IMG/VR virus record: IMGVR_UViG_3300035698_013504
Coordinates: 96,001 to 160,000 of that record
Source: a virus
Taxonomy: Duplodnaviria; Caudoviricetes
Direction: 5' to 3' (one strand)
Length of the DNA stretch: 64,000 nucleotides
The position numbers were made by a program, and so were the translations under genes. Within the stretch, counting starts at the first letter, position 1; every line of letters begins with the position of its first letter. This document shows, one piece after another, positions 8,714 to 17,264 of the stretch. The notes beneath the pieces were generated by a model. It saw only the letters and a list, made by a program, of their open reading frames with translations, ran no database searches and was not told where the DNA came from.

Positions 8714-10888
8714 ATGGCGGAAGACAACATCCTGGCGCGTATCCACGCGGCAACACAGGAGCTCAGCACAAACGGGGAGCTAGACAGGCGGATACACGAA
8801 GAGCTTACTCCCGGCATCAAGACACGGGTAATAGGTCCGTGCGCTTACAGGGGCAACGAGAAAGAGGCGCGAGAGAAACCGTGTTGTGGGGGTAAGAAAA
8901 CACGGGAAATCCTTTTTGCCTGTAGTCACCCAGAAATTGCAGCCGGGGAATCCTGGTCCGCTATCTGTCAGCGCTGTAGGTTCATATCCCCGGTCGCAAG
9001 CCAACCAAACAGCCTGCTGGGCGCCAAACGCATACTTGTTATGCCGTGGGGAGACAAGGGATCTATCCGCAACCTAATCCAAGCCCTCGACAAAATGTCG
9101 TTTGACGTGTCGGTTCTCCAACGTGGTGGAGGTGAGTGGAAGGACGCCGCGGTTGAGAAACTGAAGAACGAGCACTTCGACCTTGTTGTAACCTGGCAAC
9201 GCCTTTATAGCATGGGCTGGTGCGAAGAGGTCAACAAGATCATTGACGCGCGGAACATCCCTAAGCTCATCTTGGACTTTGGCGTGTGGGACCACTACAA
9301 GTCGGCTATCGTCGACCCGGTTGGTGATAACGCCGAATCTGCGGTAGCCGGTAACTTCATTCGGTTACTGCAAAACCCCTTGCAAGCCAAAGCTACAACA
9401 GATGCAATGATACGGTTACCGGCAATGGTTGATACGGTTAAGGCGTCGGCCGAGATAGGGGCGACGTATCTGGACGATGCAAACCTGTCCGGTCTTCCTA
9501 AAGACTTTATGCTTCTGCTTCTGCAGCGTACAGGAGACCAAGTACTTCTACGAGACGCTCCAAAGTCTAGGCAGGATCAAAGCCGTGTCGCCCGAGATAT
9601 CATTGCTGAGGCAAGACTCGCAGGCAAGTTTGTGGTTGTCAAGCCCCACCCGTTTGATAAGCCTTTAGAGGGCGTAGAGGCATCTGGGCCGCATCACCGG
9701 CTAGTAACAAACTTGACGATGGGAGATCAGAACACCGCGGTACTGTCGCATCTGCTGCTTAACTGCGAGCGGATGATCACCGTGAACTCCACAACAATCT
9801 TTATGGCCCAGTTGCTAGGCGTACCTGTATTCACGCTTGGTAAAGGCTGGTTTTCTGGGAACAGAGTTGCAAATGAACCCCCGCTGATTCGCGGTGCGGT
9901 TCTTGATAAGAATGCAGTAGACGTAGAGTACGCCAAGAAGTTCTTCGCGTTTATGTATAGCCGACAACTAACAATCGGTGAGTGTGGCGAGCCGGAAGCC
10001 GTGCTCAGGATCCTGAAGCTCATGCACCCGTCTTTGCTAGAGTCTTCGGAGGTGCAATCAAGCTCGTCGCCAGAGCCTCCAAAGGTTCCGACGCCGCAAA
10101 TCACGATGCCTACTATCAACGCCCAGGCCTTGTCGAAGACCCTAAAGCCCGCCCCACGCTCTGAGATGAAAGACGTTACCGCCATGCTGTTGACATGGAA
10201 GAGAGACTCCGCGCAGCAAGTAGTTAACTCTTTGCGCGACTCGGGCGTACAGAACATCTGGATATGGTGCAATGAGGGCGCAGCTGTACCTGATGGGGTC
10301 GATGTGTCCATCGTGTCTTCTACCAACCTAGGTAACTGGCAGCGTTTTGCGATGGCGCCGCTGGTTCCAACTTCACACATCCTTTATTGCGACGACGACT
10401 GTACGATTACGCCTGCCGGTATTCAGGCCCTTTCCAAGGGTATGGCGACGTTCCCCAACAACGTACTTGGTTTATGGGGGTGGGCGTTTAACCCGTCGTT
10501 CGAACACTACCGCCAGCGGGAGGAATTTCATAGCCACACGCTGCAGGGACATCAAGCGATGTATGCCGATATGATCTCCCCGTGTGGAATGCTCGCGCCG
10601 CGTATCGCTATCCAAGAGGCTATGGGTAAGGTTAACTACTGGAACACAGCCCTGAAGATATTTGGCGACCACACGTTGGACGATATGACACTTTGCCTGG
10701 CGATGTCGAAATGCGGATGTGGCAGGCCCGCTGTCGTACAGGGTGAGGGGGCCGGACTCAAGTTTATCAAAGACACCGCCCCCGCGTCTTCACTCGCTCT
10801 GAAACCGGGCCGTCGAGAGATACTATACACAGAGACACTTCCGGCGTTCCGCGGAATCGGATGGAGTCCGATTAAAGAGGGGAAGTAA
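8714..10888 (+). CDS. fusion of a Cys-rich N-terminus, a KpsS/KpsC-like capsule-modification (GT-B) domain and a C-terminal GT2/GT-A domain
   Basis: VVVKPHPFD and ITVNSTT..AQLLGVPVFTLG (KpsS-like); MLLTWKRD and HILYCDDDC DxD motif (GT-A); strong SD aggag. Confidence 0.7.
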   Translation: MAEDNILARIHAATQELSTNGELDRRIHEELTPGIKTRVIGPCAYRGNEKEAREKPCCGGKKTREILFACSHPEIAAGESWSAICQRCRFISPVASQPNSLLGAKRILVMPWGDKGSIRNLIQALDKMSFDVSVLQRGGGEWKDAAVEKLKNEHFDLVVTWQRLYSMGWCEEVNKIIDARNIPKLILDFGVWDHYKSAIVDPVGDNAESAVAGNFIRLLQNPLQAKATTDAMIRLPAMVDTVKASAEIGATYLDDANLSGLPKDFMLLLLQRTGDQVLLRDAPKSRQDQSRVARDIIAEARLAGKFVVVKPHPFDKPLEGVEASGPHHRLVTNLTMGDQNTAVLSHLLLNCERMITVNSTTIFMAQLLGVPVFTLGKGWFSGNRVANEPPLIRGAVLDKNAVDVEYAKKFFAFMYSRQLTIGECGEPEAVLRILKLMHPSLLESSEVQSSSSPEPPKVPTPQITMPTINAQALSKTLKPAPRSEMKDVTAMLLTWKRDSAQQVVNSLRDSGVQNIWIWCNEGAAVPDGVDVSIVSSTNLGNWQRFAMAPLVPTSHILYCDDDCTITPAGIQALSKGMATFPNNVLGLWGWAFNPSFEHYRQREEFHSHTLQGHQAMYADMISPCGMLAPRIAIQEAMGKVNYWNTALKIFGDHTLDDMTLCLAMSKCGCGRPAVVQGEGAGLKFIKDTAPASSLALKPGRREILYTETLPAFRGIGWSPIKEGK

Positions 10889-10893
10889 CAGCT

Positions 10894-11796
10894 ATGGGAA
10901 GCCTGTTAGATCGCATCAAGGATGCAGCACCCAAAGATCTGAAGCCTTACGTGCCGCCCGCCGATGATATGAAGGGGGCGCACATCTATATTCTATCGCA
11001 CGAGCGATATGAGCTGCTACGATGTTGTTTGGCGTCTGTATGCGCGTCTCCAATGACGTGCTATATCCATGTTATTGATGACTCGAGTCAAGATCCCCGC
11101 GTGATGAAACTGATATGCGCGTATCTTGAAGCGGGGCTCATTAAATCTGTTACTACCACTCCGCATCATCTGAAGCACGGCTGGTCGCGCCGTCTGATGA
11201 TGAACCATTTTGACGTAGATGATGCGCACACACTCATGCAGCTCGATGGAGATATTGTTGTGCCGCCAGGCGGCTGTGAACGTATGATCTCGATATTTCG
11301 TCAGCTTCATCAAAAGGCTGATGTACAGTGGCTTGGCGCGTGCCATATGGAGTATTTCTATGGTAAACCGAAGAATACACAAGAGGTCATTTCCGGTGAC
11401 GAGAGATATTTGATCGAACGCTTAACCCGCAATGCGAGTGAGGCCGCTTTCGTTATGTCAAAAGAAGCGGTCCGGTATAAACCTGCGCTAGATACGGTGG
11501 GGCCTCCTAGAACGCATCTCGGTAATTTTATTGTAAAGGTCGCGGAGATGGGAGTGACAGCAACCTTGATCACTCCGCCTATTCGGTTTCAACATATGGG
11601 GGCGTTTGATTCAATCGTTTGGCCGGGGCGCCCGTGGCCTCGCTACCTCTTTCGCGGCCTAGATGGTAAGCCATGGCAGCCCTTTGAGTGGTGTGAAATA
11701 GACTACAAGGAGATGGAAAGCCGCTACCCAAAATCCGTGAAAGAGTTGTCGGATAGAATTATCGAACACGCAGAAGTGGAGCTCCCAAGTGTCTAA
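10894..11796 (+). CDS. GT2-family glycosyltransferase
   Basis: IYILSHER.ELLR.CL, IHVIDDSSQD and MQLDGDIVV (DxD) motifs. Confidence 0.75.
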   Translation: MGSLLDRIKDAAPKDLKPYVPPADDMKGAHIYILSHERYELLRCCLASVCASPMTCYIHVIDDSSQDPRVMKLICAYLEAGLIKSVTTTPHHLKHGWSRRLMMNHFDVDDAHTLMQLDGDIVVPPGGCERMISIFRQLHQKADVQWLGACHMEYFYGKPKNTQEVISGDERYLIERLTRNASEAAFVMSKEAVRYKPALDTVGPPRTHLGNFIVKVAEMGVTATLITPPIRFQHMGAFDSIVWPGRPWPRYLFRGLDGKPWQPFEWCEIDYKEMESRYPKSVKELSDRIIEHAEVELPSV

Positions 11797-13342
11797 TATC
11801 GTTGAACGTATCACAGCAGCGTCATCGTTTCAACAAGGTAGGGCAATCCAAGAGAGTAGGACAAAGGAAACCAGCGGAACCTCGCGGGTCATGAAGTTTC
11901 CGAAAGCTATTCGACACAAAGACTTTAGGATGTACGCCGCATCAATTCTGAATTCGGCGAAGTTCGCCGGTATCGATATCGTTTACGAGTCAGGTAGAAT
12001 CTCACCTGTAACGGGTCTTGTCTTCATCACGCTGAACGGCATTGACGCGATTATTGACTACGCGGACGGGCTAACTACCAGGTGCCCCGATGTCACAACT
12101 CCGGTGTTCAGATTCAACTACACGCCATTAGCGCCAAATCCACGCAACACTTACGCGTTTGTACCGCTGACTTTTTACGATTGGAACAGCTTCAACCAGA
12201 TGCGAGAGTCTCTACCGAAGAAAAGAAACACAACACAGATTATTGCGACACAGCGCATTTTTCCGCCCCGTCTACTTTGGGATGATTATTTTGATACTGT
12301 TGGCGTGGCAGCCCAGTTACCTATTCGTCGACCGGCGGCGTGCGGTCTAAACAACCACCCACGGGAATACGTCCGGGGTATACTAGAGCCCCATATTGGT
12401 AAGCGGTTCATTTGGAAACGAGAGAGCCGCGACGTCTTTCTTCAGCAGCTAGTTGACCATTTGTTTACGTTCCACGTGCCGGGTACGAGGTTTGGTATTC
12501 TAGACCGGACAGTTTCTGAACACATGGCGTTTGGCGGTTGTGCTATATCGTCTCAGATCCTCACCGAGCTGCCCTATGGGCAGAAGCTTATCCCCGGTGT
12601 ACACTACGTTCAGTGCGCAGACGACTTCTCCGATGTTTTAGAGGTCACCGATTGGTGTTTACAGAATGTGGATAAATGTGTGGCGATAGGTCAAAACGCA
12701 ATGAAACTGTTCGATGCTACCTATCGACCGGCCAAGGTATGGGATTGGGTGTATAACATGATAACGAATGATGATACCGAGAGTGACGCACGTAGGGTGT
12801 TTAATACACGACTGGCTAAGGTAAGAGCCGACAGAATCAACATGCAACAAAATGTCGAGGAGCTGTTTTCCGCGTTCATGGAAATGTGGAAGATTCATCC
12901 AAGTCGATTTATGGAGATAGGATCACTTAACGGCGGCTCCCTCTATATACTCGCCGGAGCATGTGCGCCGGGCGCTGTAATAGCCTGTTTCGATATTAAA
13001 CGAGTTACTAAACGCCAAGCGATACTTGACGATTTACGCCGAGAGGGGTTTTTGACGTATGAACAAATTGGCGACAGCGGCTCGATGCAGACTCTCGACC
13101 GATTCAAAAAGATGTTTCCTCGCGGTTTAGACGCTTTACACATTGACGGGGATCATGGTAAACCAAACTGTTTCCTTGACTTTGAGTGGTATGGAACATC
13201 AGTACGTAACGGAGGCCTGGTTCTTATCCACGACATAGCGACTAAGTTTGAGTGTGCGGAAGCGTGGCTGGAATTACGACATCGATACCGACACGCCGAG
13301 TATAAAAACGGGGGGCAAGGGATGGGCGTTCTATTTGTTTAG
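11789..13342 (+). CDS. fusion of a GT-B-type (GT90/CgeB-like) domain and a class I SAM methyltransferase (Methyltransf_24-like)
   Basis: LIPGVHYVQCADDFSD (GT90-like); FMEIGSLNGGS, LDALHIDGDH and GGLVLIHDI (methyltransferase motifs). Confidence 0.7.
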   Translation: MSNIVERITAASSFQQGRAIQESRTKETSGTSRVMKFPKAIRHKDFRMYAASILNSAKFAGIDIVYESGRISPVTGLVFITLNGIDAIIDYADGLTTRCPDVTTPVFRFNYTPLAPNPRNTYAFVPLTFYDWNSFNQMRESLPKKRNTTQIIATQRIFPPRLLWDDYFDTVGVAAQLPIRRPAACGLNNHPREYVRGILEPHIGKRFIWKRESRDVFLQQLVDHLFTFHVPGTRFGILDRTVSEHMAFGGCAISSQILTELPYGQKLIPGVHYVQCADDFSDVLEVTDWCLQNVDKCVAIGQNAMKLFDATYRPAKVWDWVYNMITNDDTESDARRVFNTRLAKVRADRINMQQNVEELFSAFMEMWKIHPSRFMEIGSLNGGSLYILAGACAPGAVIACFDIKRVTKRQAILDDLRREGFLTYEQIGDSGSMQTLDRFKKMFPRGLDALHIDGDHGKPNCFLDFEWYGTSVRNGGLVLIHDIATKFECAEAWLELRHRYRHAEYKNGGQGMGVLFV

Positions 13343-13372
13343 AGACCGCGGACAGTTTACGACCTAAGATAC

Positions 13373-13401
13373 TTGACTCGTAGCGACTGCGTTGCTAAAC
13401 T
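13373..13401 (+). promoter_or_regulatory. sigma70-type promoter TTGACT-N17-TAAACT
   Basis: -35 at 13373-13378 and -10 at 13396-13401, upstream of the GT9 gene; the spacer holds an imperfect inverted repeat tagcgac/gttgcta. Confidence 0.6.
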
Positions 13402-13425
13402 CAGAGGAACTAAACCCCATAGGAG

Positions 13426-14433
13426 GTGGCCATGCCAGAATCAGTTCTCGTGATAAATAAGCAGAGCCCCGGCGACTACATTGTTATGAGCTCAGCAATT
13501 CGCGACCTAGCTCGTAGGCACCCGGGTAGGTACAGGGTAGCGGTCAAGACGGCCACGAAGGACGTGTGGCGCGAGAACCCCTACATCGAACACGAGCCCC
13601 TCCCCGTCGAGCCAAAGCCCAACGCCTTCAAGGCGGGTTACCCTCTGATCCATAAGTCGAATCAGGAGCGTGTCCACTTTATGTGGGGCTTCATCGAGGA
13701 CATGAACCGCCACCTCCAGCTCGACGGGTCTCCAGGTCAAGAGCAGGTGGTGCTGACTGAGTTTCGACCCGACCTGCACCTGACGGACGAGGAGAAGTCA
13801 GTCCGCCCGTTCAAGGAGCCCTACTGGGTCATGGCGTCTGGCGGCAAGTACGACTTCACCGCCAAGTGGTGGAACCCCGCAAGGTGGCAGACGGTCGTCG
13901 ACAGCCTAGCCAAGCAGCATGTCCTGTGTGTCCAAGTAGGCGAGCAAGGGCATTACCACCCAAAGATGGCGGGTACGATCGACATGGTGGGCAAGACGCG
14001 CTTCAGAGACCTCATGAAGCTGATCTATCACGCTGAAGGCGTTATGTGCGTCGTCACGTGTCTTATGCACATCGCGGCTGCATTTAACCGCCCGTGCGTC
14101 GTTGTGGCTGGCGGTAGAGAGCCCTGGTGGTGGGAAGCTTACACCGCGGAGAATCGACTGACCAACATGCGGCGAGGCATACCCGACTGGAACCCGCCGG
14201 AGACAGACTTCTTTATCCCTCACCGATACATCCATACCTGTGGCCAGCTGGACTGCTGCAAGGCAGGTGGGTGTTGGAAGGGTAGCGTTGTGACGAACAA
14301 GGAGAAGGACAGGTGCAAAGCTCCCTACCTTGACGATGGCGCCACGATCCCACAATGCCTGGCGATGATTACGCCCGAGCTGGTTCACCAGTGTGTGATG
14401 AGCTATTACGAGGACGGCACGCTCACTCGATAG
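13426..14433 (+). CDS. GT9-family (heptosyltransferase-like) glycosyltransferase
   Basis: SPGDYIVMSSAIRDL, KWWNPARWQ.VVD.L, VGKTRFRDLMKLIYHA and TCLMHIAAAFNRPCVVV motifs. Confidence 0.8.
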   Translation: MAMPESVLVINKQSPGDYIVMSSAIRDLARRHPGRYRVAVKTATKDVWRENPYIEHEPLPVEPKPNAFKAGYPLIHKSNQERVHFMWGFIEDMNRHLQLDGSPGQEQVVLTEFRPDLHLTDEEKSVRPFKEPYWVMASGGKYDFTAKWWNPARWQTVVDSLAKQHVLCVQVGEQGHYHPKMAGTIDMVGKTRFRDLMKLIYHAEGVMCVVTCLMHIAAAFNRPCVVVAGGREPWWWEAYTAENRLTNMRRGIPDWNPPETDFFIPHRYIHTCGQLDCCKAGGCWKGSVVTNKEKDRCKAPYLDDGATIPQCLAMITPELVHQCVMSYYEDGTLTR

Positions 14434-14444
14434 CAACGTGTTAC
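14433..14444. promoter_or_regulatory. palindromic operator-like motif GYARC-NN-GYTRC (gcaacgtgttac)
   Basis: One of five intergenic copies (14433, 16928, 30656, 43829, 56461). Confidence 0.55.
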
Positions 14445-14462
14445 AGAAACAGGAGAACACCG

Positions 14463-15800
14463 ATGGCACAGCTTGAACCGTTTACAGTAGCACCTGAAGA
14501 CATAGCCGCCTGCGCGGGCTGTGGTGAAGATGTACGTGGTGCTGCGTTCAAAGACGTAGAGACCTCGAGGATTGTATGCACAGAGTGCAAGGACCTCTAT
14601 ACTGCCCCGGCCAAGCCGCGGCTGCCTGCCGTAACGGTCCGTAGCGAGCCCATGGACGTTGAACCTGTCTACGACAGCCCGGTGGGCTATAAACCAGAAG
14701 AGCTTCAGCCCTGCGGTATATGCGCGATGCTGTTGCGCAGCGAAGAGTCCATGTGGGATGTTGGACGCAGGCGCATTCTGTGTAAGGTATGTGCGTCCAC
14801 CGAATACCCGGACCAGGTACGACTTGAATCTGGGATAGTCGTCACGAAGAAACCGGTTACCACCGACGCGGGCGAAGTGAAAGGCAACATCGAGGTAATC
14901 GAGGCCCGTAAGCGTGTTGACGACATGATGACCCAACAAGGTGCGGAAGTTCTTCAACAACTCCCCCCTACGGTTAGCGCCGCGCCTACGGTGCCAGACC
15001 ACCAGACCATACAGCGGCTAGGAGGACCTGACGTAGCAGCTATGATGCAGACACACCCAGAGCTCAGATACATCGAGCCGCCCGTTGAGATACACGTCCT
15101 TCTTTATGGCAACTACACCAACTTGCACTTCCGGTGCATCAACAGCATCATTGCCAATACCCCGCCCGGCACCTACTCTCTTCGTATTGGTTGCAACGAG
15201 GTGTGTGAGGAGACGATGAAGTGGTTGGAAACAAGCGTCATGACGCAAGTCGATGACGTCAGACTCTTTGTCGCCAGGAAGAACGTCAACAAGTATCCTC
15301 TCATGCAGAAGATGTTTGCGGACATTCAGTCGAAGTGGGTGGTGTGGTTCGACGATGACACGTACGTCCTCGACGGTAACTGGCTGCAGAATCTCTCGAT
15401 GAAGGTGGCTAAGCGGCGCCCGCAGGGCTATGCCTGCTTCGGTAAACCGCTATACGTCCACGTCAAAGAGGGGAACCAGGAGTGGATGAAGCAAGCCTCG
15501 TGGTATGAAGGCATGCCTTTCGCCGAACACCCTGACGCCAAGATGCGCGACAAGGGCTACAAGAAGGTAGACTTCATCCTTGGCGCGTGGTTCGCTATGG
15601 AAGCCTCGGTTATCCGCGAGCTTGGTTGGCCCGACAAACGCCTCAATCATAACGGTGGTGACGCCGCACTCGGCGAGGCGCTAAGGCAGCATGGGTACAA
15701 GCTCGACTGGTACCACGACGGTATCCGACCTGACGCCGAGGGCCGGGAGAACAGGCGTGGAACACATGAAGAGTATCCCGAGGCTGCACCAAAGCCGTAG
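14463..15800 (+). CDS. N-terminal Zn-ribbon repeats plus a C-terminal GT2-like glycosyltransferase
   Basis: Start reassigned to ATG 14463 (SD aggag). Two CxxC..CxxC blocks; WVVWFDDDTY DxD motif; NHNGGDAALG. Confidence 0.65.
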   Translation: MAQLEPFTVAPEDIAACAGCGEDVRGAAFKDVETSRIVCTECKDLYTAPAKPRLPAVTVRSEPMDVEPVYDSPVGYKPEELQPCGICAMLLRSEESMWDVGRRRILCKVCASTEYPDQVRLESGIVVTKKPVTTDAGEVKGNIEVIEARKRVDDMMTQQGAEVLQQLPPTVSAAPTVPDHQTIQRLGGPDVAAMMQTHPELRYIEPPVEIHVLLYGNYTNLHFRCINSIIANTPPGTYSLRIGCNEVCEETMKWLETSVMTQVDDVRLFVARKNVNKYPLMQKMFADIQSKWVVWFDDDTYVLDGNWLQNLSMKVAKRRPQGYACFGKPLYVHVKEGNQEWMKQASWYEGMPFAEHPDAKMRDKGYKKVDFILGAWFAMEASVIRELGWPDKRLNHNGGDAALGEALRQHGYKLDWYHDGIRPDAEGRENRRGTHEEYPEAAPKP

Positions 15801-15804
15801 CTCA

Positions 15805-15813
15805 TGCTATAAT
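15805..15813 (+). promoter_or_regulatory. extended -10 element TGcTATAAT
   Basis: Intergenic, about 30 nt upstream of ATG 15843. Confidence 0.45.
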
Positions 15814-15842
15814 CTATGGAGCGGTATTGGAAAGGGAGCAGA

Positions 15843-16340
15843 ATGTCTTCATCGTCTTCATCGTCTTCATCCGCATGGCCGTACAGGTACGTAAAGCTAC
15901 AGAAGAGTGTACCCGTCCGTTGGGACAGAGGTGCGCTCCACGGGTACCGTATGCTCGTCGAGGTGACAGAAGCCTACCTAATGAGCAGTGCGATCTTCAT
16001 CTACCGCAGATTCTCTGCAGGTGCGGGCGAATCGGATACGTACGACGAGTTCACGAACGTCGCCTCCCCCGCGGATATGGAAGAGTACCCGCTGACAATA
16101 CCCAATGAGACAGGTCGGCCGTTCTTCCGCTTGGCCACCATTGATCTTATCTTCAGGAACCTGGCTGACGCCGATGACGTGTGGGAATACATCCAGGCCG
16201 AGGTGAACTCGCTTGTTGTAGGTCTGAACAGGATGGATGACCTGGAAGCCACGTCGGTTGCCTTCTTCGGTAGCTCCAGTTCGTCCTCAAGTAACTCATC
16301 CTCGTCAAGTAGCTATTCGTCATCCTCATCCTCAGAGTAG
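15843..16340 (+). CDS. hypothetical protein with poly-Ser at both termini (probable virion protein)
   Basis: Begins MSSSSSSSSSAW and ends GSSSSSSSNSSSSSSYSSSSSSE; SD gggag before 15843. Confidence 0.65.
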   Translation: MSSSSSSSSSAWPYRYVKLQKSVPVRWDRGALHGYRMLVEVTEAYLMSSAIFIYRRFSAGAGESDTYDEFTNVASPADMEEYPLTIPNETGRPFFRLATIDLIFRNLADADDVWEYIQAEVNSLVVGLNRMDDLEATSVAFFGSSSSSSSNSSSSSSYSSSSSSE

Positions 16341-16346
16341 GAAGCC

Positions 16347-16628
16347 ATGGCTCTATTTCTGTCAGAACAAGCATTGAACGGCATCCTCAACGACCTACGA
16401 GTTCGAGCGGAGTTTCCGCAGCTGTCCTCCCTATGGCGTGAGACCCGCAACAAGAAGCCGTGCAAGTGCAACAGGAGCAAGGCTAGAACGAAGATACTCC
16501 AACGAGCAAAGCGCGCGATTACGAGCCTGCCCCCGGCGAAATTGGGGAGGCTGAAAGAAATACTCGGGATCAAGAATATAGAGGTTTGTACCCTTGAGGG
16601 AGGGGTGGTCAAGCAGGTGACGCTATGA
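16347..16628 (+). CDS. hypothetical basic protein (93 aa) with a KPCKC motif
   Basis: ORF with SD aggaag, packed directly after the previous stop. Confidence 0.6.
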   Translation: MALFLSEQALNGILNDLRVRAEFPQLSSLWRETRNKKPCKCNRSKARTKILQRAKRAITSLPPAKLGRLKEILGIKNIEVCTLEGGVVKQVTL

Positions 16629-16714
16629 CCCGATCGCCTTCATACATCCCGCTTAGAGGGTTACTATAAGCTGGAGACCCGTAGCTGTGCACTTCCTCCC
16701 ATAGGAGGTGTTGG

Positions 16715-16807
16715 TTGGCAAGATTGTCAGCGTTTCAAATAGGAAAGTTACTAGCAATCATATTTTGGATTCTAGTGTTCCTTTGGTTTATTGGCGGCTC
16801 GGGTTAA
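16715..16807 (+). CDS. small single-TM peptide (30 aa, MARLSAFQIGKLLAIIFWILVFLWFIGGSG), absent from the ORF track
   Basis: TTG start with SD aggaggt at 16703-16709; hydrophobic core of about 16 aa. Confidence 0.5.
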   Translation: MARLSAFQIGKLLAIIFWILVFLWFIGGSG

Positions 16808-16869
16808 CCACCCGAGTCTTGGGGGCTAACGCATTTATGTGTTGGGCCCCCTCTCAGGGGGCCCAGCAT
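16796..16869 (+). other. two GC-rich stem-loops (ggctcgggt/acccgagtc; tgttgggccccct/agggggcccagca)
   Basis: 9-bp and 13-bp stems, each including one G-U pair, in the intergenic gap. Confidence 0.7.
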
Positions 16870-16927
16870 GTGGCCTTACTCTTAGCTATGCGTCCTTACA
16901 CACGCACATGCGTGTAGACGCTGAATA

Positions 16928-16939
16928 GCAACGTGTTAC
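16928..16939. promoter_or_regulatory. palindromic operator-like motif (gcaacgtgttac) within a 19-bp duplication of 14431-14449
   Basis: tagcaacgtgttacagaaa is identical at 14431 and 16926. Confidence 0.55.
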
Positions 16940-16955
16940 AGAAAGGACAGCACCG

Positions 16956-17264
16956 ATGGCACAGGAAATGCAAACCGTACTCGGCAACGGTAACACCATC
17001 ACCGTCGTAAGTTCGGAGTTCGAACACGGTGACCTTATCGTGATCCTCGAAGGTCAAAAGCCTGACGAGGTTGGTTCCGCCGAAGCCAGACAGCTCGCAT
17101 ACAGTGTCCGAACGCAGAAGGGCATGGAGTCCGCTGGCCTTGAGGCTCAAGGCGGCCCGTATCCCGTGGATGAGAAAGGCGACCTCGTAGCCGCTGGCGC
17201 TCCGGTCGAGCCTGAGAACCTCAGGTTCCGGCAGGCCTTCAAGCTGAACAGGACACGGATGTGA
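16956..17264 (+). CDS. hypothetical protein (102 aa)
   Basis: SD aagga, caccgATG start. Confidence 0.65.
   Translation: MAQEMQTVLGNGNTITVVSSEFEHGDLIVILEGQKPDEVGSAEARQLAYSVRTQKGMESAGLEAQGGPYPVDEKGDLVAAGAPVEPENLRFRQAFKLNRTRM

Noticed and set aside
13381-13397. Sixth copy of the GYARC-NN-GYTRC operator (tagcgactgcgttgcta), also 24700-24712
   Set aside because: 3-nt spacer and/or mismatches; does not fit the 12-bp consensus, so it was not counted.
14355-14462. N-terminal extension of the 481-aa ORF from the track
   Set aside because: Overlaps the GT9 gene and the operator; the strong SD points to ATG 14463.
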